Positions 33,314-41,013 of a stretch of DNA of 64,000 bases are shown piece after piece; positions within the stretch are counted from its first letter, which is position 1; the number at the start of each line of letters is the position of its first letter. Source of the DNA: Alphaproteobacteria bacterium (GTDB lineage Bacteria > Pseudomonadota > Alphaproteobacteria > JASGCL01); NCBI GenBank assembly GCA_051010635.1, contig JBPCVJ010000022.1, positions 38,985-102,984 of the forward strand, written 5' to 3'. The notes beneath the pieces were generated by a model, which was not told the origin of the DNA, searched no databases, and saw only the letters and a list, made by a program, of their open reading frames with translations. Position numbers and translations under genes: made by a program.

Positions 33314-33342
33314 ATTCTATTCTAAAATGTTGATTCTTGCAA
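33314..33342 (-). promoter_or_regulatory. sigma70 promoter, probably leaderless transcript
   Basis: TTGCAA-N17-TAGAAT ending 5 nt before the ATG; GAATC immediately after the -35. Confidence 0.55.
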
Positions 33343-33389
33343 AGCCTTTTTCTCACCACCCCCCCAATAAAATAAAACTCATTCGCCAG

Positions 33390-33418
33390 TTGACAGGTGG
33401 TATTTTTTCGGCTATAGC
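33390..33418 (+). promoter_or_regulatory. sigma70 promoter of rpsF-rpsR-rplI
   Basis: TTGACA-N17-TATAGC. Confidence 0.7.
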
Positions 33419-33428
33419 CATATTTATC

Positions 33429-33537
33429 AGGGGCAAATTTTGTTAAAAAAAACAAATATGCCCCTAAAACCAAAATACGACTCTTTGGGCATTGATGGTG
33501 ATTGATGCTCTTTATATCCACAAAGGGGAAAAAAACG
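33429..33537 (+). promoter_or_regulatory. structured rpsF leader (S6:S18-type autoregulatory RNA)
   Basis: Hairpin AGGGGCA/TGCCCCT (33429-33465); stem CTCTTT/AAAGGG sequestering the SD, with inner hairpin 33487-33510 and unpaired CCA at 33518-33520. Confidence 0.6.
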
Positions 33538-33933
33538 ATGGCTTATTATGAAACGGTGGTGCTTATCCGTAATGATAAAACCCCCGCACAGGTCAAATCG
33601 CTATCTGCCAAATTGGTAGATTTTATAAAAAACAATAAACCCAGTGGCAAGGTTTCTCGCCAAGAATATTGGGGGTTAAAGCCTTTGGCTTATATTATCA
33701 AAAAAAATTCTTACGCCCATTATATTTTATTAAATTATGCCACCACATCAAACCATAAAGACGAAATGGAAAGACAATTAAAATTAAATGGTGATGTTTT
33801 GCGTTATATGACCATAAAAACCGACCATCTGCCAAGCGAAGAATCGATCCAAATGAAGCCCGTTGAGGATGATGCCCCCGCCACCAACAAAAAAACCGAA
33901 AAATTAAGCAAAAAACCATGGCGCGAGAAATAA
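33538..33933 (+). CDS. rpsF: 30S ribosomal protein bS6
   Basis: [30 protein letters not shown]. Confidence 0.95.
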   Translation: MAYYETVVLIRNDKTPAQVKSLSAKLVDFIKNNKPSGKVSRQEYWGLKPLAYIIKKNSYAHYILLNYATTSNHKDEMERQLKLNGDVLRYMTIKTDHLPSEESIQMKPVEDDAPATNKKTEKLSKKPWREK

Positions 33934-34175
33934 GAAAAAAATCAGCTATCCCCATGGCACCCCGCCCGATAGGCAAGGGGCATTGCCCGTTGTCACGCCC
34001 TGATTCCCCCCCGATCGATTATAAAGATGTTCGCTTGCTATCAAGATATATTTCAGAAAAAGGTCGCATCACCCCTAGCCGTATTTCTAATGTTTCACAA
34101 AAAAAACAACGGCAATTATCCAATGCCATCAAACGGGCTAGGTTTGTAGCTTTGTTATCTTATTTGGTAAGATAA
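33918..34175 (+). CDS. rpsR: 30S ribosomal protein bS18
   Basis: [31 protein letters not shown]. Confidence 0.97.
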   Translation: MAREIRKKSAIPMAPRPIGKGHCPLSRPDSPPIDYKDVRLLSRYISEKGRITPSRISNVSQKKQRQLSNAIKRARFVALLSYLVR

Positions 34176-34188
34176 AAGGTTTAAGGTT

Positions 34189-34923
34189 ATGACAGTTGAA
34201 GTTATTTTATTAGAACGCATGAAAAATTTGGGCGATCTGGGCGATGTGGTGCGGGTAGCCCCCGGTTATGCAAGAAATTTTTTATTGCCAAATGGTAAGG
34301 CGTTGCGTGCCAATGCTGAAAATAAAAAAAAATTTGAAAGCGAAAGAAAAAAATTTGAATCCGCCCACGAAGCCAAAAAATTATCAGCCGAAAAAACCGC
34401 CAAAAAAGTTGATGGCACAAAAATAAAATTGGTGCGGGCGGCATCAGAAACTGGGCAATTATATGGTTCGGTAAATGCGCGTGATATTGCCGAAGCACTT
34501 GATAAAAAAGGTCATAAGGTTGAACGCTCATACATTTTAATCGGCAAACCCATCAAAGATATTGGCAATTACCAAATTGCCATGCGTTTTCATGCCGATA
34601 TATCTGCCGACATTATGGTCGAGGTGGTAAAAAATGCCGAGGATGTTATCACCATCGAAGCGCCATCAAGCGAAGATAGAAAATTGGATAAGGCAAAAAT
34701 AGCCGAGCAAATAAAAATTGAAAAGAAAATATCAGCCGACAGGGCGAAATTGGCAAAACAAACTGCCAAAATGGTGGAACAACCATCCACCGAGAAAAAA
34801 TTTGCAAAAAAACCATCCACCACAAAAGCCCCCGAGAAAAAACTTATAAAAAAACCAGCCACTACAAAAGCCGCAGTAAAAAAATCAGCTACAAAAAAAT
34901 CAACCGCAAAAAAGAAAAAATAA
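34189..34923 (+). CDS. rplI: 50S ribosomal protein bL9 with lysine-rich tail
   Basis: LGDLGDVVRVAPGYARNFLLP, GQLYGSV; K/A/T/P-rich C-terminus. Confidence 0.96.
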   Translation: MTVEVILLERMKNLGDLGDVVRVAPGYARNFLLPNGKALRANAENKKKFESERKKFESAHEAKKLSAEKTAKKVDGTKIKLVRAASETGQLYGSVNARDIAEALDKKGHKVERSYILIGKPIKDIGNYQIAMRFHADISADIMVEVVKNAEDVITIEAPSSEDRKLDKAKIAEQIKIEKKISADRAKLAKQTAKMVEQPSTEKKFAKKPSTTKAPEKKLIKKPATTKAAVKKSATKKSTAKKKK

Positions 34924-34940
34924 TCAATGCTATGGATATT

Positions 34941-35891
34941 TTATAAAAAAATCTTTTGCCATTTTTTTATTGCATAACCAAAAAATCGCCCATCTACCAA
35001 TAACAAACCGATAGATACAATCAAAAAACCAACCAGCTGATTCCATAATAATTTTTCATCAAAAAATAAAAAAGCATATAAAACACCCAACGGCGGCACA
35101 AACATCGCAAACATCGAACCATTCACCGAACCAGCCTGTTTGATAATGTTAAAATAAACACCATAGGCATAACCCATTGATAAAATGTTATAGATAACAA
35201 CTATCAATAATAATTTTCCATCGGGGTTAATGATATAATCAAACGGGGTATCAAACAAAAAAACCAACGGCAATAAAATAATCACCGAAAATATATTTTG
35301 CCCTGCGACTATCACCGCCGCGGGAATTTTTTTTATATTATGTTTTCGCACCAACACCGCCTGCACCGCAAAAGAAACCGCCACCATCAACAATGCCAAT
35401 TCTTTTAAAAAATAATTATCATCATTTTTTTGTAAAAACAAAAAAGCATCAACCCCCATCATAACGCTTATCCCCATCACCGCCACCAAAATACCCGAAA
35501 ATCTTAGCGGCGATAGGCGATGGTCTTGATAAAAAAATCTTACCAGTAAAGCTATCAATATCGGGTTCATAGAATAGATGATAGCCGAAACCCCCGCCCC
35601 CACATCTTTAATCAACCAACCCGACAAGGTAAAGGGAATGATATTACTCAATAAACCAAATATCACAAATATAGGAAAATATTGTTTATAATGCCAAAGG
35701 GAAATTTTTTTATACCCGCAATAAACCCAAAGGCAACTCGCCCCTATCACACAGCGGATAAGCGCTATCATCAAGGGCTGATAAACTGCCCCCATCGCCT
35801 TGTAAATCACAAAAGACGATGACCAAATGACCGAAATAATAAAAATCGCCCGCCATTGTTGAAAATTCATCACTGGCTGATTGATAGACAT
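34941..35891 (-). CDS. EamA/DMT family transporter
   Basis: About 10 TM helices with duplicated EamA pattern (IWSSSF...R; FFDEKL...G). Confidence 0.85.
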   Translation of the reverse strand: MSINQPVMNFQQWRAIFIISVIWSSSFVIYKAMGAVYQPLMIALIRCVIGASCLWVYCGYKKISLWHYKQYFPIFVIFGLLSNIIPFTLSGWLIKDVGAGVSAIIYSMNPILIALLVRFFYQDHRLSPLRFSGILVAVMGISVMMGVDAFLFLQKNDDNYFLKELALLMVAVSFAVQAVLVRKHNIKKIPAAVIVAGQNIFSVIILLPLVFLFDTPFDYIINPDGKLLLIVVIYNILSMGYAYGVYFNIIKQAGSVNGSMFAMFVPPLGVLYAFLFFDEKLLWNQLVGFLIVSIGLLLVDGRFFGYAIKKWQKIFL

Positions 35892-35900
35892 AACATAACC

Positions 35901-37361
35901 TTAACCCATCAAAAATTTTGCCATCAGCAAAAAAGATAAAAACCCCACCGTATCGGTCACCCAAGTCAAAACCACCGTGGAAGAAACCGCAGGGTCCTGT
36001 TTTAATTTTTGCAATACAATAGGAATAATCACCCCAAACACCGCCGCGGCGAACAAAGTGGTAATCAATGCGCCGCCTATCGCATAAGCCATCAAAAATG
36101 ACCCTTTCCAAACATAAACCACTATCCCCACAATCAATGCAAATAAAACACCATTTAACCAACCCACTGCCGTTTCTTTCCACAATGTTTTTATGGTGTT
36201 TGTGCTGATAAGATCGCCAGTTGCCATCGCCCGCACCACCACGGTGGTGGTTTGCAAACCAGCATTACCGCCCATACTAGGCACAATGGGCATCAACACT
36301 GCCAAGGCAATTAATTGTTCGATAGTTGATTCAAAAATGTTAATCACCATCGATGCAAAAATTGCCGTCAATAAATTAACAAATAACCAAACAAACCTTA
36401 ACATGGTGGTGGGAAGAATGGGTTTATAAAAATCACCACCCTGCACCCCGCCAAGCCGTAAAATATCTTCTTCATTTTCTTCCTCCAACACATCAACAAT
36501 ATCATCCACCGTTATCGTGCCCACCAAACGATTTGCCGAATCAACCACCGGGGCCTCAACCAACCCATAACGCTTAAACATTCTTGCCACCTCCTCTTGA
36601 TTCATGTTGATAGGAATTTCTTGAAAATCTTTCAGCATAATTTTTGCCAAAGGCGTCGGGCGATTGGCACGCAATAATTTGGCTATCGGCAATATACCAA
36701 CTGGGCGATGCGATGGACCAACCACAATGATATTATAAAATAAGTCAGGGGTTTTCATTTTACGATCACGAAAATAATCTATCATCTGCCCCACGGTTGA
36801 AAATTTTGGCGCGGTGACCAACTCACGGCGCATCAATTTGCCTGCCGTATCATCGGGCAAATTCAAAACATAATTATATTCGGCTCGGTCCTCTCGGGGA
36901 ATGAAGGATAGCAATTTTTGTTGCTCTGCTTCATCAAACATCTCAATCAAATTGAGCGCATCATCGCTTTCTAACTTTTTTAATAAACTTTGCCACACCC
37001 TAGTTGGCAATTTGGGTAAGATTTTTTTCAATACCACATCATCAATTTTGGTAAATACCAAAGGGTTGATATGGTCTATCATTTTTTCAATAAACTGCAA
37101 TCGTTGCCGTGGATTCAATAATTGTATCAATTCGCCAACATCGGGCGCCGACAATGGCTTGATAAGCTGGGCAATACCGCTGGTGGTTTTTTTATGATGC
37201 AATTTTTTTTGCACCATATCCACCAATTCTCGCCATTCGGTACTATTTTTATCAATATCATGTAGCGGCTTACCGCTACCATCTTGCGACATATGTGCCA
37301 ATGCCACACCAAGGCTTTTATCCTTTAGATATTTATCGCTTTTTTTCTTTATATTTTTCAT
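35901..37361 (-). CDS. mgtE: magnesium transporter MgtE
   Basis: CBS pair, GTITVDDIVD, MGGNAGLQT, DPAVSS...TDTVG. Confidence 0.95.
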   Translation of the reverse strand: MKNIKKKSDKYLKDKSLGVALAHMSQDGSGKPLHDIDKNSTEWRELVDMVQKKLHHKKTTSGIAQLIKPLSAPDVGELIQLLNPRQRLQFIEKMIDHINPLVFTKIDDVVLKKILPKLPTRVWQSLLKKLESDDALNLIEMFDEAEQQKLLSFIPREDRAEYNYVLNLPDDTAGKLMRRELVTAPKFSTVGQMIDYFRDRKMKTPDLFYNIIVVGPSHRPVGILPIAKLLRANRPTPLAKIMLKDFQEIPINMNQEEVARMFKRYGLVEAPVVDSANRLVGTITVDDIVDVLEEENEEDILRLGGVQGGDFYKPILPTTMLRFVWLFVNLLTAIFASMVINIFESTIEQLIALAVLMPIVPSMGGNAGLQTTTVVVRAMATGDLISTNTIKTLWKETAVGWLNGVLFALIVGIVVYVWKGSFLMAYAIGGALITTLFAAAVFGVIIPIVLQKLKQDPAVSSTVVLTWVTDTVGFLSFLLMAKFLMG

Positions 37362-37486
37362 TTTGTTTTATATGTTTTTTTTGGCTATTTGTTGTCTATA
37401 AAATATAACAAAAAAAAGCAATCACCAGACTTTTGCCAACAACATAAATTTGGCTTATTTTTTGCAATTATTTATAAAAAAATAAT

Positions 37487-38116
37487 ATGAAAACAGATTC
37501 TAAACCTATCAAACACCAGATATTACGGCGATACTGCTACCGCTTAGCTTTATTTTTATTATTATGGCAGGCACAACCCGCCATATCACAAACCACCAGC
37601 CAAACATTGGAAGAAAAATTTCACCAAAAATTTGGCACAGAATTCAACCCCGACCGCTATAATTTTGTGCCAGCCTTTAATCAGACAACCGCGTCATTTT
37701 TTGGCACACCAAAAATCGGCAACCCCTATCAGGTGGAGGGCGAAAAAATTCGCCCATTCTTTCCCGAAGGTGCTTTTATTGAAAGCGGTATGGCTTCTTG
37801 GTATGGCGACAAATTCCATGGCAAACCCACCGCCAATGGCGGACAATTTAACATGGGGTTGGTATCGGCGGCGCACCGCACCCTACCCTTGCCAGCGGTG
37901 GCAGTTATTGTCAATTTACGCAATGGGCGGGCTATCAAATTAATCATCAATGACCGCGGTCCTTTTGCCAAAAACCGCATCCTTGATATGTCAAAACAAG
38001 CCGCCAACCTTATCGGCTATTATGGGGTTGGCACAGCCCCAGTGAAGGTTATTTTTATGCGTCAAGAAACCCTTGCTCTATGGCAAAAAATGGGGTTCGC
38101 GGTCGGCAAAAAATAA
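37487..38116 (+). CDS. rlpA: RlpA-family septal lytic transglycosylase
   Basis: GMASWYG..FHGKPTANG, AAHRTLPLP, INDRGPF..RILDMS. Confidence 0.92.
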   Translation: MKTDSKPIKHQILRRYCYRLALFLLLWQAQPAISQTTSQTLEEKFHQKFGTEFNPDRYNFVPAFNQTTASFFGTPKIGNPYQVEGEKIRPFFPEGAFIESGMASWYGDKFHGKPTANGGQFNMGLVSAAHRTLPLPAVAVIVNLRNGRAIKLIINDRGPFAKNRILDMSKQAANLIGYYGVGTAPVKVIFMRQETLALWQKMGFAVGKK

Positions 38117-38209
38117 TACCCACCCTAATAAACATTAACATAAATTAACATTTGCGACCTTGTATAAATTAGGGCGGATAGCATATTATGAAGAAAGCGA
38201 CCCAAATTA

Positions 38210-38300
38210 AAAAATAACCGAAATTATTAAAAATAACCAAACCATAAGAAAAATAACCGAAATCATAAAAAATAACCAAACCATAAGAAAAATAACCGAA
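38210..38300 (+). repeat. 39-bp tandem repeat (about 2.3 copies) upstream of lpxC
   Basis: AAAAATAACC starts at 38210, 38229, 38249, 38268 and 38288 (alternating 19/20-nt spacing). Confidence 0.9.
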
Positions 38301-38303
38301 AAA

Positions 38304-39371
38304 ATGACTACCGATACCCCCTCCTCCCCCCAAGAAAATATAACAAATATGGCAAATATAGCCCCTGTGCCTAACCAAGCACCTAGGGTAGTGGATATGG
38401 AAAATACCCAGCCATACCAAAACAACCACCAAGAAATTAAAAAATTATCACTCCCCCCCAGTCTTTTGGCGGGGGATATGGTTTATTCGCCCTATCAATG
38501 GTCAATCAAAGAAAAAATTAGTTTTTCAGGGGTCGGGCTTCACAGTGGTAACATCGCCCATGTCACGCTTGAGCCTGCACCGCATGGCAGTGGCATAAAA
38601 TTTTACCGCACCGATATTAAAAAAAACCAAAACCCTGTCATACCTGCGGTTTTTTCTAATGTGGTATCCGCCAAATATTCTACCTGCCTTGCCAATCAAG
38701 ATGATATTCGTGTTAACACCGTTGAGCATCTGCTTGCGGCATTATTTGCCTTTGGCATTGATAATCTGTTGATTAAAATTGATAATAATGAAGTGCCTAT
38801 TCTTGATGGCTCGGCATTGCCTTTTTTAAAATGGCTTGAAAAGGCGGGCATCGCGATGCAAAAAAATGGCGCACCTTATCGGCGCACCTATTTAGAGGTG
38901 ATAAAAACCATCACCATAAAAGAAAAAAACATGACCGCCAGCCTCAGCCCCGCCGATTTTTTGGATATTGATTGCAACATTGATTACCCCAATCAATTCA
39001 TCGGCAAAATGGCATTAAAAAATTTGGTCAGCCGTGATTATTTTTTTCAAGATATTGCTGCCGCCCGCACCTTTTGTATGGAGGAAGAGGTTGATATGTT
39101 GCGTGCCGATGGGTTGGGGCTTGGTGGTTCATTTGACAATGTGATCATCGTCAAAACCGATGGGCATGGCACTCTCAACCCCGATGATTTGCGTTTCCCT
39201 GATGAATTCGTGCGCCACAAGTTTTTGGATATTATTGGCGATTTAGCCCTATCGCCCTATCGCATTATCGGCAAATATCAATCAAACCATGGCGGGCATT
39301 TGTTGAATAACCGAATGTTACAAAAATTATTTTCCGATAAATCGCATTATCGCCTTGTAATTTTAGATTAG
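38304..39371 (+). CDS. lpxC: UDP-3-O-acyl-GlcNAc deacetylase with N-terminal extension
   Basis: SGVGLHSG, TVEHLLAAL, EVPILDGS, HKFLDIIGDL. Confidence 0.95.
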   Translation: MTTDTPSSPQENITNMANIAPVPNQAPRVVDMENTQPYQNNHQEIKKLSLPPSLLAGDMVYSPYQWSIKEKISFSGVGLHSGNIAHVTLEPAPHGSGIKFYRTDIKKNQNPVIPAVFSNVVSAKYSTCLANQDDIRVNTVEHLLAALFAFGIDNLLIKIDNNEVPILDGSALPFLKWLEKAGIAMQKNGAPYRRTYLEVIKTITIKEKNMTASLSPADFLDIDCNIDYPNQFIGKMALKNLVSRDYFFQDIAAARTFCMEEEVDMLRADGLGLGGSFDNVIIVKTDGHGTLNPDDLRFPDEFVRHKFLDIIGDLALSPYRIIGKYQSNHGGHLLNNRMLQKLFSDKSHYRLVILD

Positions 39372-39389
39372 AATCCCCATATAAGCATT

Positions 39390-39472
39390 AAGGGTGGTGT
39401 GCCACTTTTATTGGGGCATTGCCCTTCGCACTCCCTCCTCCATTTCCTCCCTCCTTTATGGGGGAGGGGTGT
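39390..39472 (+). ncRNA. candidate two-hairpin sRNA with CU-rich anti-SD loop
   Basis: GC-rich patch in an AT-rich gap. Hairpins 39390-39426 and 39428-39472 both rely on G-U pairs on the + strand; second loop TTCCTCCCTCCTTT. Confidence 0.5.
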
Positions 39473-39498
39473 AAGGTAAGTATCCACCCCCCCCTTGT

Positions 39499-39546
39499 TG
39501 ATTGATTTTTTTGCCATTCTCGCCTGATTGATTTTTTTTGCCATTC
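39499..39546 (+). repeat. direct duplication in ffh upstream region
   Basis: TGATTGA(T7)GCCATTC at 39499-39519 and TGATTGA(T8)GCCATTC at 39525-39546. Confidence 0.85.
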
Positions 39547-39563
39547 GGTGCATAAATAATATC

Positions 39564-40949
39564 ATGTTTGATAATTTAGGAAAAAAACTACAAAGCCAAT
39601 TTCGCACCCTAACTGGTCGTGGCATCTTATCAGAAAAAGATATTGATAATACCCTAAAAGATATCAGGCTAAGCCTATTGGAAGCCGATGTTGCCTTGCC
39701 CGTGGTCGAACGGCTTTTAACCAATATCAGGCAAGAAGCCGTTGGGCAAAAAATCTTATCCTCCATCCGCCCTGGCGATGCGGTAGTAAAGATCGTGCAT
39801 GATAATTTGGCATCATTGCTAACCACCCAACAAGGTTTAAGTGCCAAAGAAAAACTCCTTAACCCCAAAACCACCCCCCATATTATTATGATGGTTGGAT
39901 TACAAGGTTCGGGCAAAACCACCAGCACGGTCAAATTGGCAAAATGGCTAGAAACCCATCAAAAAAGCAAAACACTGGTTGCATCATTGGATATTTATCG
40001 CCCCGCCGCACAAGACCAATTGGAAATTTTTGCCAAAAAAAATAACATTGATAGTTTAGAAATTATTCAAGACGAAAAACCTGCCACCATCGCCCAGCGT
40101 GCCCTCGCCATGGCAAAAAAAAATGATTACCATTATCTGTTGCTTGATACCGCAGGGCGATTGACCTTAAACAAACAATTGATGGATGAATTGCGTGAAT
40201 TAAAAAAAACCATCAAACCAAAAGATATTATTTTGGTATTAGATGGTCTCAGCGGGCAATCGGCATTGCCCACCGCTTCGGGGTTTCACGACCCATTGCA
40301 ATTATCGGGGGCATTGATAACCCGTATGGATGGTGATGGGCGCGGCGGAGCGGCGCTTTCGCTGACTGCCGAAACAGGTTGCCCCTTGTGGTTTATGGGG
40401 GTGGGGGAAGCGGCCGATAAATTAGAGATTTTTGATGGCACAAGAATAGCAGGGCAAATTTTGGGTATGGGCGATATTGTGTCTTTGGTTGAAAAGGCAC
40501 AAATAGCCTCAGACGAAGATGATATGGCTGAAATGGAGGAGCGATTCAAAAAAGGCATCTTCACCATGATGGATATGCAAAAACAAATCCGCCAGATGAA
40601 AAAAATGGGCGGTATGAAAGAAATGCTGAATATGTTACCGCAAGGTTTGTTGCCACAAAATGCTCGGCAATTACAAAATGCCAATCTTGATGATAAAATT
40701 TTTGCCCGCCAAGATGCCATCATCAATTCGATGACGCCTGCCGAGCGTATCCGCCCCGATATTATTCTTGCCAGACGCAAAAGCCGTATTGCCAATGGTG
40801 CGGGGGTGCAACTGGCAGATGTCAATCGCTTACTAAAACAATTTATCACCACCCAAAAAATGATGAAACAGGCGGGCAAGATGAACCAAACCGATATGAT
40901 GCGTCAATTACAAACCATGAAGGGGCAAAGGCATCTTGGTATAAAATAA
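39564..40949 (+). CDS. ffh: signal recognition particle protein
   Basis: LLEADV, GLQGSGKTT, DTAGR, Met-rich M domain; ATG 39564. Confidence 0.97.
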   Translation: MFDNLGKKLQSQFRTLTGRGILSEKDIDNTLKDIRLSLLEADVALPVVERLLTNIRQEAVGQKILSSIRPGDAVVKIVHDNLASLLTTQQGLSAKEKLLNPKTTPHIIMMVGLQGSGKTTSTVKLAKWLETHQKSKTLVASLDIYRPAAQDQLEIFAKKNNIDSLEIIQDEKPATIAQRALAMAKKNDYHYLLLDTAGRLTLNKQLMDELRELKKTIKPKDIILVLDGLSGQSALPTASGFHDPLQLSGALITRMDGDGRGGAALSLTAETGCPLWFMGVGEAADKLEIFDGTRIAGQILGMGDIVSLVEKAQIASDEDDMAEMEERFKKGIFTMMDMQKQIRQMKKMGGMKEMLNMLPQGLLPQNARQLQNANLDDKIFARQDAIINSMTPAERIRPDIILARRKSRIANGAGVQLADVNRLLKQFITTQKMMKQAGKMNQTDMMRQLQTMKGQRHLGIK

Positions 40950-41013
40950 TAAGCCAGCTTTAAGCCAAAAATATTTGGCACATCAATGCCAAGCGTGGTA
41001 TAATAAAAAAATT

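Noticed and set aside
38135-38149. CtrA box upstream of lpxC
   Set aside because: The TTAA half-sites are 6 nt apart, not the canonical 7
38210-38300. Regularly spaced repeats as a mini CRISPR array or iterons
   Set aside because: The intervening sequences are themselves repeated and only 9-10 nt long; no cas or rep gene nearby; best explained as a 39-bp tandem duplication
39372-39500. SRP RNA (ffs) or tmRNA next to ffh
   Set aside because: Lacks the SRP CAGG-GNRA-AGCAG motif and any tRNA-like T-arm/CCA end on either strand
40286-40879. Long antisense ORFs in the track (also 12726-13262, 39368-39934, 57907-58425, 35710-36183)
   Set aside because: Shadow frames overlapping well-supported genes, with no motifs of their own
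40975-40992. Sigma54 promoter or operator palindrome TTGGCA-N6-TGCCAA before acnA
   Set aside because: GG-to-GC spacing is 9 rather than 10, and this hexamer is very common in the window
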